Notes: generated by a model not told the origin, from the letters alone. Positions 9,801 to 18,216 are shown, numbered from the stretch's first letter. The stretch is DNA of 39,987 bases from an uncultured Planctomycetaceae bacterium (GCA_963976765.1 CAXBME010000018.1:124001-163987); one strand, 5' to 3'. Numbers and translations are program-made.

Positions 9801-11219
9801 CTTGGGAATCGTCGGATCCAGGCTGACGACGAAGTCGTCGATTTCAGACGCCGCCTTGCCGCGGTTTCCGTACTTGGCGTATGGACCGGAGCTGACCGGC
9901 GAACGGTCGTTGGCGTAGATCACGTGGCAGGAAGTGCAACCGCCCTGACGATAGTCACCGGGATGGTCGTTTGTGCCCGCGAAGTTGAGCGTTGGGTCAA
10001 GCAGTCGAGTTTTCGCCAGCCCCACGAAGACCGGGTCGGTTCGGTTGAGCGTTCCCATGCCTCGGTTACTTGATCGCTGACGAGGACGGCCCGGCTCTTC
10101 ACCACGTTCCGGAATCCCAAGCTCCGGAGCAAAACGACCGCCTCGTTCAAAGGTTCTCAGGATGTTACTGATCTGAGTCGTCTGAAAACGCGGCAGTGGT
10201 TCCAGAAACGGAACAACGCCTTTCCAGTCGCGTTCGTACTCGGTCGGCGGCGGCACGGTTTGAATGCGCTGGCCTGTGCCGTACATGCTGTAGCTTTCGC
10301 CGTAGCGAGGAACTTTGTGTGTGACCGCTCCGTTGTTGTAAAGAGCCGCCCCCCACAGCATGCAGCCGTGAGTCATCATGCTCTTTTTGACTTCCAGCGT
10401 TTCCTTCGGATGACAACCCGACATTCCACAACTGATGTGTGCCACCCGGAGATCGCCCGGATTCACAAAGCGAACGAACTCGGGATACTCGTGGTTGAGC
10501 ACTGTGTAGTTGCGAGCCGGGTTGGCCGACGATGGCCAGGCATCCGGAAATCTCGGATGAACGTGCCCGATTTCCTTCATCGTCGTGTTGGCATTGCCGC
10601 CGTGGCAGTCGGTGCAACCAATCTGCAGCGCTTCGCTCATGTGCGGATCGTGCGATTCCTTGTGACACTCAACACAGCCCCAGCTCTTCGCCCATGCTTC
10701 TTCGGGCGTCTGGTTGATCAGATCAGCCATCGCCAGCTCAGCGGGCACGGGATACGCGACGTCAGGTTCCGGGTTAACCCGTTCCGGAATCGAAGCGGCT
10801 GTCTGCAGAATGTCCACCGGAAGCAAGGTGCGATCCGCCGCGTCCTGCCCCTTTCCGATCGTTGCCGCAGGATGCTGGCCGCCTGCTTCCTGGGCCATCC
10901 GTCGCATCGGAATTGAATTTGCAGCATCGGCCTGCTTCGGATTGAGCCGTTGAGGTTCGTCCGGCTCCGTCTTACGACGCAGCAACCTCGACGGACGAAT
11001 CGCGTCGAGCAGCCGCGATGTCCGCGACCGAATCCCCTGCCCCGCAACGCCTGAATCATCAATTGATTCATCCGACGCAATCGGCACCGGAGGCTCCGCC
11101 GCGCGCACCATCGTACGATCAGACAAGTCATTCGAAAACGCGACGAAGTAAACGAGTGCCAGCCCCCAAAGAGCAGCACCGCCACAGTAAATCCCAATGG
11201 ACCGCTTCCGTTGCGTCAT
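6804..11219 (-). CDS. Exported multiheme c-type cytochrome (9 CxxCH + 1 CX4CH) with C-terminal LVIVD-repeat beta-propeller
   Basis: Motifs CVECH, CTDCH, CGMSGCH, CTSCH, CMICH, CVDCH, CTDCH, CIACH, CFGCH, CADCH. About 7 LVIVD-like repeats (e.g. YAYVATGSHGLTILDVKNPRDP, YAFICDHDGIKVMDVTNPESP). ATG 11219 has a GGAGG RBS and is followed by a basic then hydrophobic signal/anchor. Confidence 0.92.
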   Translation of the reverse strand: MTQRKRSIGIYCGGAALWGLALVYFVAFSNDLSDRTMVRAAEPPVPIASDESIDDSGVAGQGIRSRTSRLLDAIRPSRLLRRKTEPDEPQRLNPKQADAANSIPMRRMAQEAGGQHPAATIGKGQDAADRTLLPVDILQTAASIPERVNPEPDVAYPVPAELAMADLINQTPEEAWAKSWGCVECHKESHDPHMSEALQIGCTDCHGGNANTTMKEIGHVHPRFPDAWPSSANPARNYTVLNHEYPEFVRFVNPGDLRVAHISCGMSGCHPKETLEVKKSMMTHGCMLWGAALYNNGAVTHKVPRYGESYSMYGTGQRIQTVPPPTEYERDWKGVVPFLEPLPRFQTTQISNILRTFERGGRFAPELGIPERGEEPGRPRQRSSNRGMGTLNRTDPVFVGLAKTRLLDPTLNFAGTNDHPGDYRQGGCTSCHVIYANDRSPVSSGPYAKYGNRGKAASEIDDFVVSLDPTIPKWESGHPITHRFTTAIPTSQCMICHMHPGTTVMNSYIGYIWSDQETDGEHLYPQQQADSTSEEFVRRQMNNPNDIDTKMLTADYEFLADIVDLNPQLQHTLADFHGHGWNYRAVFKKDRQGTLMTHDGNELHNVTPQQKMLAVKVPEVVKEQFRNRDYAHVAEDGYPVNEEERDRVLRLESALRQMRENTPVHMLDIHLEMGMHCVDCHFVQDNHGDTKLYGGVRDAIEITCTDCHGTISEFAPLRTSGPAAKGNIWPGMVTERNEETKNVGRNLAAMRTPFGKRRFEELPDGTIVQNSMVEPDLSWRIKQVRDTITPSHPDYNALSALSKTVRFTKNENQYDFLWGDVPEDPKQCAHAIQDMNCIACHSSWNPSCFGCHLVQKADKKMPELHYEGDVTKNYTAYNFQTLRDDVFMLAKDANATGQRINPVRSACSVHVSSYNGNRENVYYQQQTISAEGLSGCAFSTNVPHTVRGRGETKMCADCHLSGDDDNNAIMSQLLMLGTKYMNHMGRYAWIAAGEHGVWSPVIQERDEPQSIIGSTMHRDAFPEYYKQHLANDRQLQTAYEHPGRDIADNLMHPGMKHEILNLQHRGEYLYAACGEGGFRIFDIAFTDHKGFAERYTTAPVSPLGQKFYVRSKNCTDVASPSTMAPDPTRTHQPENFEQAVPMRYAFIYCTDSCEGLFLVGAGTLLDGNPNNNFVKKDVVFNPDGILNGARRITVWGKYAWIACDAGMVIVNIEDHKNLHVVNVLPEGEWLNQPGNVEFQFRYAFICDHDGIKVMDVTNPESPEPVTSLHLEEAHNIYVARTYAYVATGSHGLTILDVKNPRDPKVDQVFTAGGRINDLHDVKLGFTYASAYAYLADGHNGLHIVQLTSPKTPGNDGFSPRPTPQLVSSFKIPHGGHALAVSEAFDRDRAVDEAGDQLSVFGRIGARPMNLEEMQKLYLLPGTGTTPGKLPPVVWKVRNPERDNSIPNRREREIDLHQKVEEFFGESQLRKR

Positions 11220-11291
11220 TCGATTCTGACCTCCATGCCAGGATCTCACCGCCGAACTCAGCCGAGGTGTGTTTTGTGTACGTCGCGTGAG

Positions 11292-13919
11292 TTAGTAAGT
11301 CAGGATCGCTTCGAAGAATGAGGCGAACATTGTTTCAACGTCGTTGTCGCCGTAGGTCGAGTACAGGTCCTTGAAGCCTTCGTCCGGAATCAGAGCCGAG
11401 ACCCCGAACAGAATGATGGCATTGTCGTTATGAAAGGGTCGCCATTCGAAGCCGACGCTCAGGTCGAGGCCGATTTCCGGATCGATGTCGCTCTGGAAAG
11501 TGTACGTGCTCAGAACTTCCGTCTCGTCGAACATCAGGTAGTTGGCATTCATGATCGTTCGCAACTTCGGCGTGAGATCCATATCGAGCCCCACGTTAAA
11601 CAGCAGCAGGCCGGGATTCGTGAAGTTGCTCTGTCCTTGGGTTTTGCTGGATCGAAGGTTCGGAACGAGGCTTCGATTATTGACCAGCTGAACGCCAAAG
11701 AGCTGGATTGCCTGACGTTGCCAGTAGCTGAATTCGCCACCGGCGAACACCGGGTTGTCCATAATCGTATCGAAACCTTCCGCGTCCTGGTCGTTCGCGT
11801 TGCCATCACCGGACGAGTAGAAGAACGATGCTCGAAAGCGAGCCCAGTCCCGGTCATAAGAAAGTTCGATCGCCGCCATCGTCGCATTGATGTCGAGTTC
11901 CTGGCCGCCGATCGGATTCTTACCGTCTCGACCGGTCACCCAATAGAACGCGTTGCTGACGTTGAACCGGCCCATGTGACCGTCACCAGCGAAGCCGAAG
12001 TAGTAGGCCTCGACGCGGTGTTCCTGAAAAATGCCAACCGGGTCAGGCCGAACCAGGAAGTTGTTGCGGTCAAACTGCGTACTCGGCTGGTCATTGTTCA
12101 TGTGGAAACTGGCCTGAGCCGTGTACCCTGGAAAAATGAAATCCTGCACGTAGTAGTTGGCGATCAGAATGTTCTGATGCCGGTCTTCGTAGGTGTTCAG
12201 ACCCGAGTTCGTATCTTTTTCGACCATGTCGTAAAACAGAACGTTGAACTGATGCCGGTTCGAATACTTTGAACCGAACAACCTGACGGCCCGGTTCGTG
12301 TCGAAAAACAGAAAACCGCGGAAGTCCGAGTTGAACAACTGGTTTCCGGCTCGAGCCGAAATGAAGTCGTAGTCGGGACTGAGGTCGGCCAGCTTAACTT
12401 CGCCGAAGTATTCCTGCAGAAGGATCGAATGATCTCGGAAGCGGCGGCGACCTTCGCGAACGTCCGGATTGACAACAGCCAGTTCCTTGACATTCAACTC
12501 GTTGAAGTTGAAAGCCGGCGCGAGACGAATCTGCCAGTCGAGCGGTTTAAAGGCCGTCGTGTTTCCGTGGTTCAGGTCCATCCTCAGGAAAAAGTTCTGG
12601 TTAATCGCGAACTGATTCGGGTCGCCGAAAAATTCTTCCTGGGGCGCACTGCTGGTACTTTCAAAAGGCGTCGTACCGATCGGCGTTTGCCGGTAATCAA
12701 ACAGCGTCTGACTGGTCGCTGTGATATTCATAAAGGTGTGCTGCCCGATGATCGGGAAATCGCCCTTCAGCACGTTCTGGTTATACGGATCCCACCAGTG
12801 CCCCTCGGTGCCGATGTAGTCAACGGTGTAGGGGTAGCTCAGGCCGTATCGGTCGACTCGCGGATAACCAAGCCGCCAACGGTCAGGAACGGGAACGAAG
12901 TGGCTGTTCTCCTGCTGCTCGGTCGGGATAATCCCCGACGGACCGGTGAAGCCTCGCGGAGGATCCGTTTCTGGAACCAGCAACTCGTCGAACTGAGCCA
13001 TCGCCGGGACAACGCTCGGGGTAACCTGTTGTTCGATGGGCCGGTCGAGCACTTCTGGATTGCGGCGCTGCGGAAACGCCCCCGGCTCGGCCTTCGTCAA
13101 ATCCTCAAGGTCGCGAAGCTGTGCATTGAAATCCTGAGTCGAAAGTCGTCGAGGTTCGGCAGGCTGTTCGCCAGATCCCGGAGCCGGTGGAACGCCGAGC
13201 GCGTCATACGCCGACAGAAGTCGGATTTCTTCTTCCTTACCCACAAACGGAGGCAACTCTTCGACCGGTCCGCGAACAGACCTTGCCATCCCGTTCTGAG
13301 TTGCCGCGTTCTGAAAATCTCCTCGCACAACGGCAGACGCTTGACGCAACGTTTGAGCTGGCAGCAACGTGGCAGCAAGTTCACGAATCTGTGAATCCGG
13401 GTCAGACTCGACCATCTCATGAAGTCGGGATGCGATGCGAGTCGGAATGCCGACCTTTGACAGACGTCGAAGCACCAGCTCGCGGACGTCGCGGTCCGAG
13501 TCCTTCGTCAGTTCCAGCTGAAGTTCAGTTCGCAGTGGCTCGGTCGCAGAATCGAGCAACCCAGCGAGTCGAAGACGTTCCAGACGATCCGGGTGTTTCA
13601 ACAATCGTGCCAGTTCGAGTTGTTCGTCAGAAATCCTCAGCTTCCGTAATGATTCCCAGGCGGCCTCTTCGACTTCGGGATCAGAACTGTGAATTTCGGT
13701 CAGGTGACGCAGAATTCGCTCGCGAGTGGACTCCGTTTCTTCGGCGGCAGCCAGCTGACGAACTTTCAGAATCGCCCCACCATCGGGCGCACCCCCTGAC
13801 ATCAGAGCTGCGCTCATCATGAGCACAGCCGCCGGGCGGAGTGCCTTTCTGATCGCCGCCCAGGCCAGGTTGCCGACGGATTTCAGTTCAGGTTTTCGGC
13901 GACTGGTGAAGAGTTCCAC
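11292..13919 (-). CDS. Predicted outer-membrane beta-barrel protein with N-terminal HEAT-like repeats and Pro-rich linker
   Basis: The C-terminal ~500 aa are Phe/Tyr/Asn/Asp/Gly-rich with alternating amphipathic strands and end in an aromatic residue (FFEAILTY). N-terminal repeats LLKHPDRLERL, LTKDSDRDVRELVL, VESDPDSQIRELAATLL. Start set at GTG 13919 (AAGG upstream); the ORF track uses TTG 13958. Confidence 0.8.
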   Translation of the reverse strand: MELFTSRRKPELKSVGNLAWAAIRKALRPAAVLMMSAALMSGGAPDGGAILKVRQLAAAEETESTRERILRHLTEIHSSDPEVEEAAWESLRKLRISDEQLELARLLKHPDRLERLRLAGLLDSATEPLRTELQLELTKDSDRDVRELVLRRLSKVGIPTRIASRLHEMVESDPDSQIRELAATLLPAQTLRQASAVVRGDFQNAATQNGMARSVRGPVEELPPFVGKEEEIRLLSAYDALGVPPAPGSGEQPAEPRRLSTQDFNAQLRDLEDLTKAEPGAFPQRRNPEVLDRPIEQQVTPSVVPAMAQFDELLVPETDPPRGFTGPSGIIPTEQQENSHFVPVPDRWRLGYPRVDRYGLSYPYTVDYIGTEGHWWDPYNQNVLKGDFPIIGQHTFMNITATSQTLFDYRQTPIGTTPFESTSSAPQEEFFGDPNQFAINQNFFLRMDLNHGNTTAFKPLDWQIRLAPAFNFNELNVKELAVVNPDVREGRRRFRDHSILLQEYFGEVKLADLSPDYDFISARAGNQLFNSDFRGFLFFDTNRAVRLFGSKYSNRHQFNVLFYDMVEKDTNSGLNTYEDRHQNILIANYYVQDFIFPGYTAQASFHMNNDQPSTQFDRNNFLVRPDPVGIFQEHRVEAYYFGFAGDGHMGRFNVSNAFYWVTGRDGKNPIGGQELDINATMAAIELSYDRDWARFRASFFYSSGDGNANDQDAEGFDTIMDNPVFAGGEFSYWQRQAIQLFGVQLVNNRSLVPNLRSSKTQGQSNFTNPGLLLFNVGLDMDLTPKLRTIMNANYLMFDETEVLSTYTFQSDIDPEIGLDLSVGFEWRPFHNDNAIILFGVSALIPDEGFKDLYSTYGDNDVETMFASFFEAILTY

Positions 13920-13961
13920 AGCGTAGCCTTGACTTGGGGACGTCAGGACGGATCCCAATGC

Positions 13962-13977
13962 GCAATCGTCGAGCCAG
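13962..13977 (-). promoter_or_regulatory. Putative sigma54 (-24/-12) promoter of the porin-cytochrome operon
   Basis: Minus strand reads CTGGCTCGACGATTGC: exact GG-N10-GC spacing, one mismatch to TGGCAC-N5-TTGC, about 40 nt before GTG 13919. Confidence 0.6.
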
Positions 13978-14232
13978 AAGGACTCGATATCGTGCTATCG
14001 GCTGCGGAGCTGTGTTAACTTGTTCCGGATATGAGGATTGTGCCGATTTTTCCGAATGTACGATTAGAATGGGTAAACCCGGAAAATACGGCAGAGTAAA
14101 CAAGCCTCTGCTTTGCCATTCTCGAACTCAAACGTCCGGAAGCGTCCAGAAACGGTGTACTTCACCAGCCCCCCTATCCCCACCAATGGGTGGCCACGGT
14201 TCTCGCAACCTGGTCCACTTAGAACTAAAAAG

Positions 14233-15507
14233 TCAGTGGCTACTCCCCGTCAGCACGGGAACCAGATTGCCGTCCGAATCAAACGCCATGTCGTCTGGAC
14301 CGGAGACGATCTCCAGGTCTTCGCGGCTTTCGATTTCGGCGAGGAAGACCTCGCTGACGAGCACTTCGCCGAGCGTCAGCGTGTCAGGAATCTGAACGAC
14401 CCTGGCATTTTCAGGCTCGGCGAGGCCGGTGGTTGGCAAGGCGTTTTCAATGACTTCACGGTCCGTTTCGTAGTGAATGGGGATCGAGGCAGCCGACGGG
14501 TGCCCACCAGTCAACGAGTTGATCTTCGTGATGTCCTGATCGACGGACTCAACCGTACGATGGTTCGTGAACTCGGCCATGCCCAGGCCGCAGGCGTTCC
14601 CATGAGTCGCTTCCGTCAGTCCGCGAACGAAGATTCGCTTCACCTTGAATTCGTCCTGGTCGGTCGCGGAGTGGTCGTTGTATTTTCGCCCGATAATGTT
14701 GGTATCCATTCCCGAGCCGCTGATGTTCTTACCGATTTCGTCAACGATGAGCAGACCGATCTGCTTGAACGGAAGAGTTGGCATCCAGGCGGTGGCTGTC
14801 TTCAGGATCTCGCATTCGCGTTCGTAGAAATCTTCCGGAGCAACGGCAGCGATCATGCCGGTTTCGTCGTACGCGTTTTCGACGATCGCGACGCCGGCCA
14901 GGATCCCGCACTTCTGCAGCACGCAGTCTGCGACGGACCGGATGATTTCCAGAAAGCTGTAGTCCAGAATCGCCCGGTGATAGATCTTCGCTCCGGCATG
15001 TTTACCCAGCCCGATCAGCATCATCTTATGCAGCCCGGATTCGATCGGCCCGACAAACCCAGTGTGAGGCTTCACACGGCCTGAGACAATCACGTGGTCG
15101 CAGTTGAAGGCCTCTTTGTCGAAATGGACCGGAATACCCTGCGGAGTTTCGTCGACGACAACGGTCTCCATGTTCGACCGAATTTCAGCTCCGGTGAACT
15201 CTTCCGTGATTCCGTACCCTTCGATGATCTCACGCTGCCCTTCGGCGGTGCCACCGCCATGACTACCCATCGCCGGAATGATCACCGGCGTTGCATCGAG
15301 TGATTTCACATGATCGCAGATCGCCCTGGTGATGATCGCGATGTTGGCGATGCCGCGGCTACCGGCAGTTATCGCAACGGTCTGGCCGGGCTGCACTTTT
15401 GACTTCAGATTCAACGCGGCAAGCTGCTGTTCGACCTCGGTCGGGATATCTTCAATTTTCGGCGCGTAAAACTTCTGCTGAACTCTGATCATTCGTGGAA
15501 ACGCCAT
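14233..15507 (-). CDS. LarA-like (lactate racemase N-terminal / DUF2088-DUF362-like) protein
   Basis: VAITAGSRGIANI, IIPAMGSHGGGTAEGQ, RVKPHT, GKNISGSGMDTNIIGR; AGGAG RBS upstream of ATG. Confidence 0.75.
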   Translation of the reverse strand: MAFPRMIRVQQKFYAPKIEDIPTEVEQQLAALNLKSKVQPGQTVAITAGSRGIANIAIITRAICDHVKSLDATPVIIPAMGSHGGGTAEGQREIIEGYGITEEFTGAEIRSNMETVVVDETPQGIPVHFDKEAFNCDHVIVSGRVKPHTGFVGPIESGLHKMMLIGLGKHAGAKIYHRAILDYSFLEIIRSVADCVLQKCGILAGVAIVENAYDETGMIAAVAPEDFYERECEILKTATAWMPTLPFKQIGLLIVDEIGKNISGSGMDTNIIGRKYNDHSATDQDEFKVKRIFVRGLTEATHGNACGLGMAEFTNHRTVESVDQDITKINSLTGGHPSAASIPIHYETDREVIENALPTTGLAEPENARVVQIPDTLTLGEVLVSEVFLAEIESREDLEIVSGPDDMAFDSDGNLVPVLTGSSH

Positions 15508-15662
15508 CGGACTCTCCTTGTTGGTGGGTCCGAGAGTTTAGTGAGTCGCCCGTCCGAGAAAAGCGGCAGCCAGCCAACTCTTACGATTCCAAAACGTCGT
15601 CACAGAAATTTCGGTCACGCCAGTCATTTGTCAGCGACGTCAGTCATCTGTCAGCCACACAA

Positions 15663-16568
15663 TCAAACGGCACCAACATCCATCGATTCCATTTTACGGA
15701 GTTCGATGTCGGAAAACCGTTTTCGAATTGTCGGCAGAATGCCTCCCATGACGACCGTTCCAATCAATCCGAGGAGAAGCGGAGGGTAGTAGACGCCGAA
15801 CGGCTGCCCCATCGCCAGTGCGATGATTCCCGTGATCAGACAAACGCCCCCGAAGACAACCGTGCACCAGCAGATCGCGATGCAGACGTTTCTGCCCCGT
15901 CCCCAACCACTAAGCGTTCCCACCAAAGCGCCCAGCATTCCCAGCAGCGTGCCAGGAATGGCTCCCATTAAGTTACCCGTCCGGTTTCCCCACCACGTAC
16001 CTTCGGCGGTCATTGCGTCGCCCCAGTCGTTCACTTCGAATTGCGATAGTCTCAATGGGCTGATCCAGACTTTACCTTGAGCTGGCAACACCAGATTGAT
16101 TTCAAGCTTCGACGGCGTGCCAGAACGGGAACTGCTGCGGAACGGGAGAATGAAGTCTCGCAAAGACGACGTCCGATGAATCGTGCCCATCGGTCCGCTC
16201 GGAGAAAGTGTCCTGCTGAAATACCGGCTGTTGTCGGGAAATACGCTCCACATTTCGAGGTACCCAGGCTTCTCGACATTCTCGTATCGAACTCTACCGC
16301 GAACGGTGTAGTTGAGTTTCGAAATGCCAGTAGGGTCGATCGTCGTCAGATACACCGTCAACGGGGCTGTGGACTCATTGACGATCAGCAGCTCTTCCTC
16401 GCTGCTGGCAGAGGATTCAGCTGACGGCCGAATAACCTCTCCGTTTTCCAGTTTCCCGGAGGCCTTCAGTTCTGACCAGCGGATCGTCGCGACATGTTCT
16501 TCCGCTATCGCGCACGAGCCGGTCAGCAAAATGGCCAGGGTAGCGCTAAGCAGATTCCGATTGGTCAT
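15663..16568 (-). CDS. Hypothetical membrane protein (signal peptide, extracytoplasmic beta-rich domain, ~3 C-terminal TM helices)
   Basis: ATG 16568 with AGGAG RBS gives MTNRNLLSATLAILLTGSCAIA. Three hydrophobic helices at the C-terminus. Overlaps the end of the upstream DUF2089-like gene. Confidence 0.8.
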   Translation of the reverse strand: MTNRNLLSATLAILLTGSCAIAEEHVATIRWSELKASGKLENGEVIRPSAESSASSEEELLIVNESTAPLTVYLTTIDPTGISKLNYTVRGRVRYENVEKPGYLEMWSVFPDNSRYFSRTLSPSGPMGTIHRTSSLRDFILPFRSSSRSGTPSKLEINLVLPAQGKVWISPLRLSQFEVNDWGDAMTAEGTWWGNRTGNLMGAIPGTLLGMLGALVGTLSGWGRGRNVCIAICWCTVVFGGVCLITGIIALAMGQPFGVYYPPLLLGLIGTVVMGGILPTIRKRFSDIELRKMESMDVGAV

Positions 16569-16866
16569 GTGACTTCTCCTGTTCTTTTCGATGAGCTGCC
16601 AGTAGTAGATTGAACGTCTCGTGGCTGATTTTCTGGTCGGCGAATTGCGCTCGAAGCAGACGTTCGAACTCCGAAACCTCGGCGTGCTGCTCGACAACCT
16701 CGATCTTCGCGATCAGCCGGTCCAACCGCAGCCGAATCGTGGGATAGGTCACGCCATATTGCTGAGCGACGTGCTTGAGCGACCCCGAAGCCAGGACAAA
16801 ACGCCTGACAAACGCCAAATCTTCGTCACTCAGAAACTCAAACCATGCTCGACAAGACACAAACAA
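16546..16866 (-). CDS. DUF2089-family helix-turn-helix protein
   Basis: WFEFLSDEDLAFVRRFVLASGSLKHVAQQYGVTYPTIRLRLDRLI matches the DUF2089 pattern as I recall it; GAGGA RBS (start TTG 16866 or GTG 16860). Confidence 0.85.
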   Translation of the reverse strand: MFVSCRAWFEFLSDEDLAFVRRFVLASGSLKHVAQQYGVTYPTIRLRLDRLIAKIEVVEQHAEVSEFERLLRAQFADQKISHETFNLLLAAHRKEQEKSHDQSESA

Positions 16867-17065
16867 TCCTCAACTCAACATTCACAATGTAAAACTACTG
16901 AGCACCTTTAGAATACACAATACGAAAGTCCAGTTTAACTTTACAAAACAAAGACATCCAGCCGACCGAGAGTGTTATCGATTATCCGAACCATCAGCGC
17001 AACAGGCCCGGCCTCACGGCGGGCTTCAAATGCGCAGCGACGTGATCAGCCAGCAATGCCCCAGC

Positions 17066-17929
17066 TTAATCTTGAACATTCGCACTGACGGCGTGCCAGG
17101 CGAGGAGCGCGTCCCGGATTTCGCGGACGTCGTGGACTCGGATCATGTCGCCGCCCTGGGCGGCGACAGCGATGGCGACTCCGATCGTTCCGAAGGTGCG
17201 TTCTTCGACGGGGCGACCGAGCACTTTGGCCAGGAAACGTTTGCGGGAATGGCCGATCAGAACCGGACGATCGAGGGCTCGCAGTGCGTTAATGTTCGAA
17301 AGCAGATCGACGTTGTGCCGGGCCGTTTTGCCGAAGCCGATACCCGGGTCGGTGACGACTCGGTCACGAGCGATCCCGGCCTGCTCCAGCGCGTCGAGAC
17401 GATCGGAAAGGAAGCTGCTGACTTCGCTGACGACGTCGTCGTAATGGGGATCCGCCTGCATCGTCTGCGGCGTGCCCAGAATGTGCATGCAAATGACGCC
17501 GCAATCCGATTTTGCGCAGACATCGACAATTTCAGGCTCAAATGTCAGACCGGAGATGTCGTTGACAATGTCGGCGCCGGCGGCGAGAGCCTGTCTGGCG
17601 ACTTCAGCTTTCGTCGTGTCGATCGAGATCAGCAGGTCGGTCTCATTCCGAACCTGTTCGACGACATTGACGACGCGACGAAGTTCTTCCTCCAGCGAAA
17701 CTGGCTCGGCACCGGGGCGAGTGGACTCACCGCCAATGTCCAGAATGTCGGCTCCGTCTTCGACGAGTTGAAGTGCATGGTCGACGGCAGCGTTGCGTTC
17801 CAGAAAGTTGCCGCCGTCAGAAAAGCTGTCCGGAGTGACGTTCACGATTCCCATGATCAGCGGAAAACCGCCGAGCTGGTACGTCGTCTGGCCACATCGC
17901 CACGGAAGCTGGCGAATTACTGATCCCAT
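17066..17929 (-). CDS. folP: Dihydropteroate synthase
   Basis: MGIVNVTPDSFSDGG, DIGGESTRPGA, SIDTTK, NDISG, DPGIGFGK, GHSRKRF, IRVHDV. Start ATG 17929 with GAGG RBS. Confidence 0.97.
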   Translation of the reverse strand: MGSVIRQLPWRCGQTTYQLGGFPLIMGIVNVTPDSFSDGGNFLERNAAVDHALQLVEDGADILDIGGESTRPGAEPVSLEEELRRVVNVVEQVRNETDLLISIDTTKAEVARQALAAGADIVNDISGLTFEPEIVDVCAKSDCGVICMHILGTPQTMQADPHYDDVVSEVSSFLSDRLDALEQAGIARDRVVTDPGIGFGKTARHNVDLLSNINALRALDRPVLIGHSRKRFLAKVLGRPVEERTFGTIGVAIAVAAQGGDMIRVHDVREIRDALLAWHAVSANVQD

Positions 17930-18216
17930 CGAAAACCTCAGTCGCCATGTAGAAACAAGGTGTTTTTCCTGTTGATTCTGTGCCATGCTGCTCGTTTCAT
18001 GGGGAGGCACTGCCTGCAACGCACAGATTCCGTCGGCGGACGATAATTGATCACGGGCGATCAGGCATGTCTCTGCTGACGATTGGTGAATCAAACATCT
18101 GTCCGAAAACGGTCGAGGAATTCGGAGAACAATGGAGTGGCGTTACAAAGCTGCGTTTAATTGTCAGGCTCGCCGCCCCGACGAGATCCCGGGCTTTTTA
18201 CATCTGGAGACAAGCC

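Noticed and set aside
14180..14220. Imperfect hairpin GTGGCCACGGTT...AACCTGGTCCAC after the LarA-like gene
   Set aside because: Could be a degenerate REP or terminator, but it is single-copy here and has no U-tract.
11430..15084. Long plus-strand ORFs 11430-12272, 12429-13394 and 14113-15084
   Set aside because: Antisense to the barrel and LarA-like genes, with shadow-frame composition and no motifs.
16775..17923. 382-aa plus-strand ORF
   Set aside because: Antisense shadow of folP with no recognisable motifs; long shadow ORFs are expected in GC-rich DNA.
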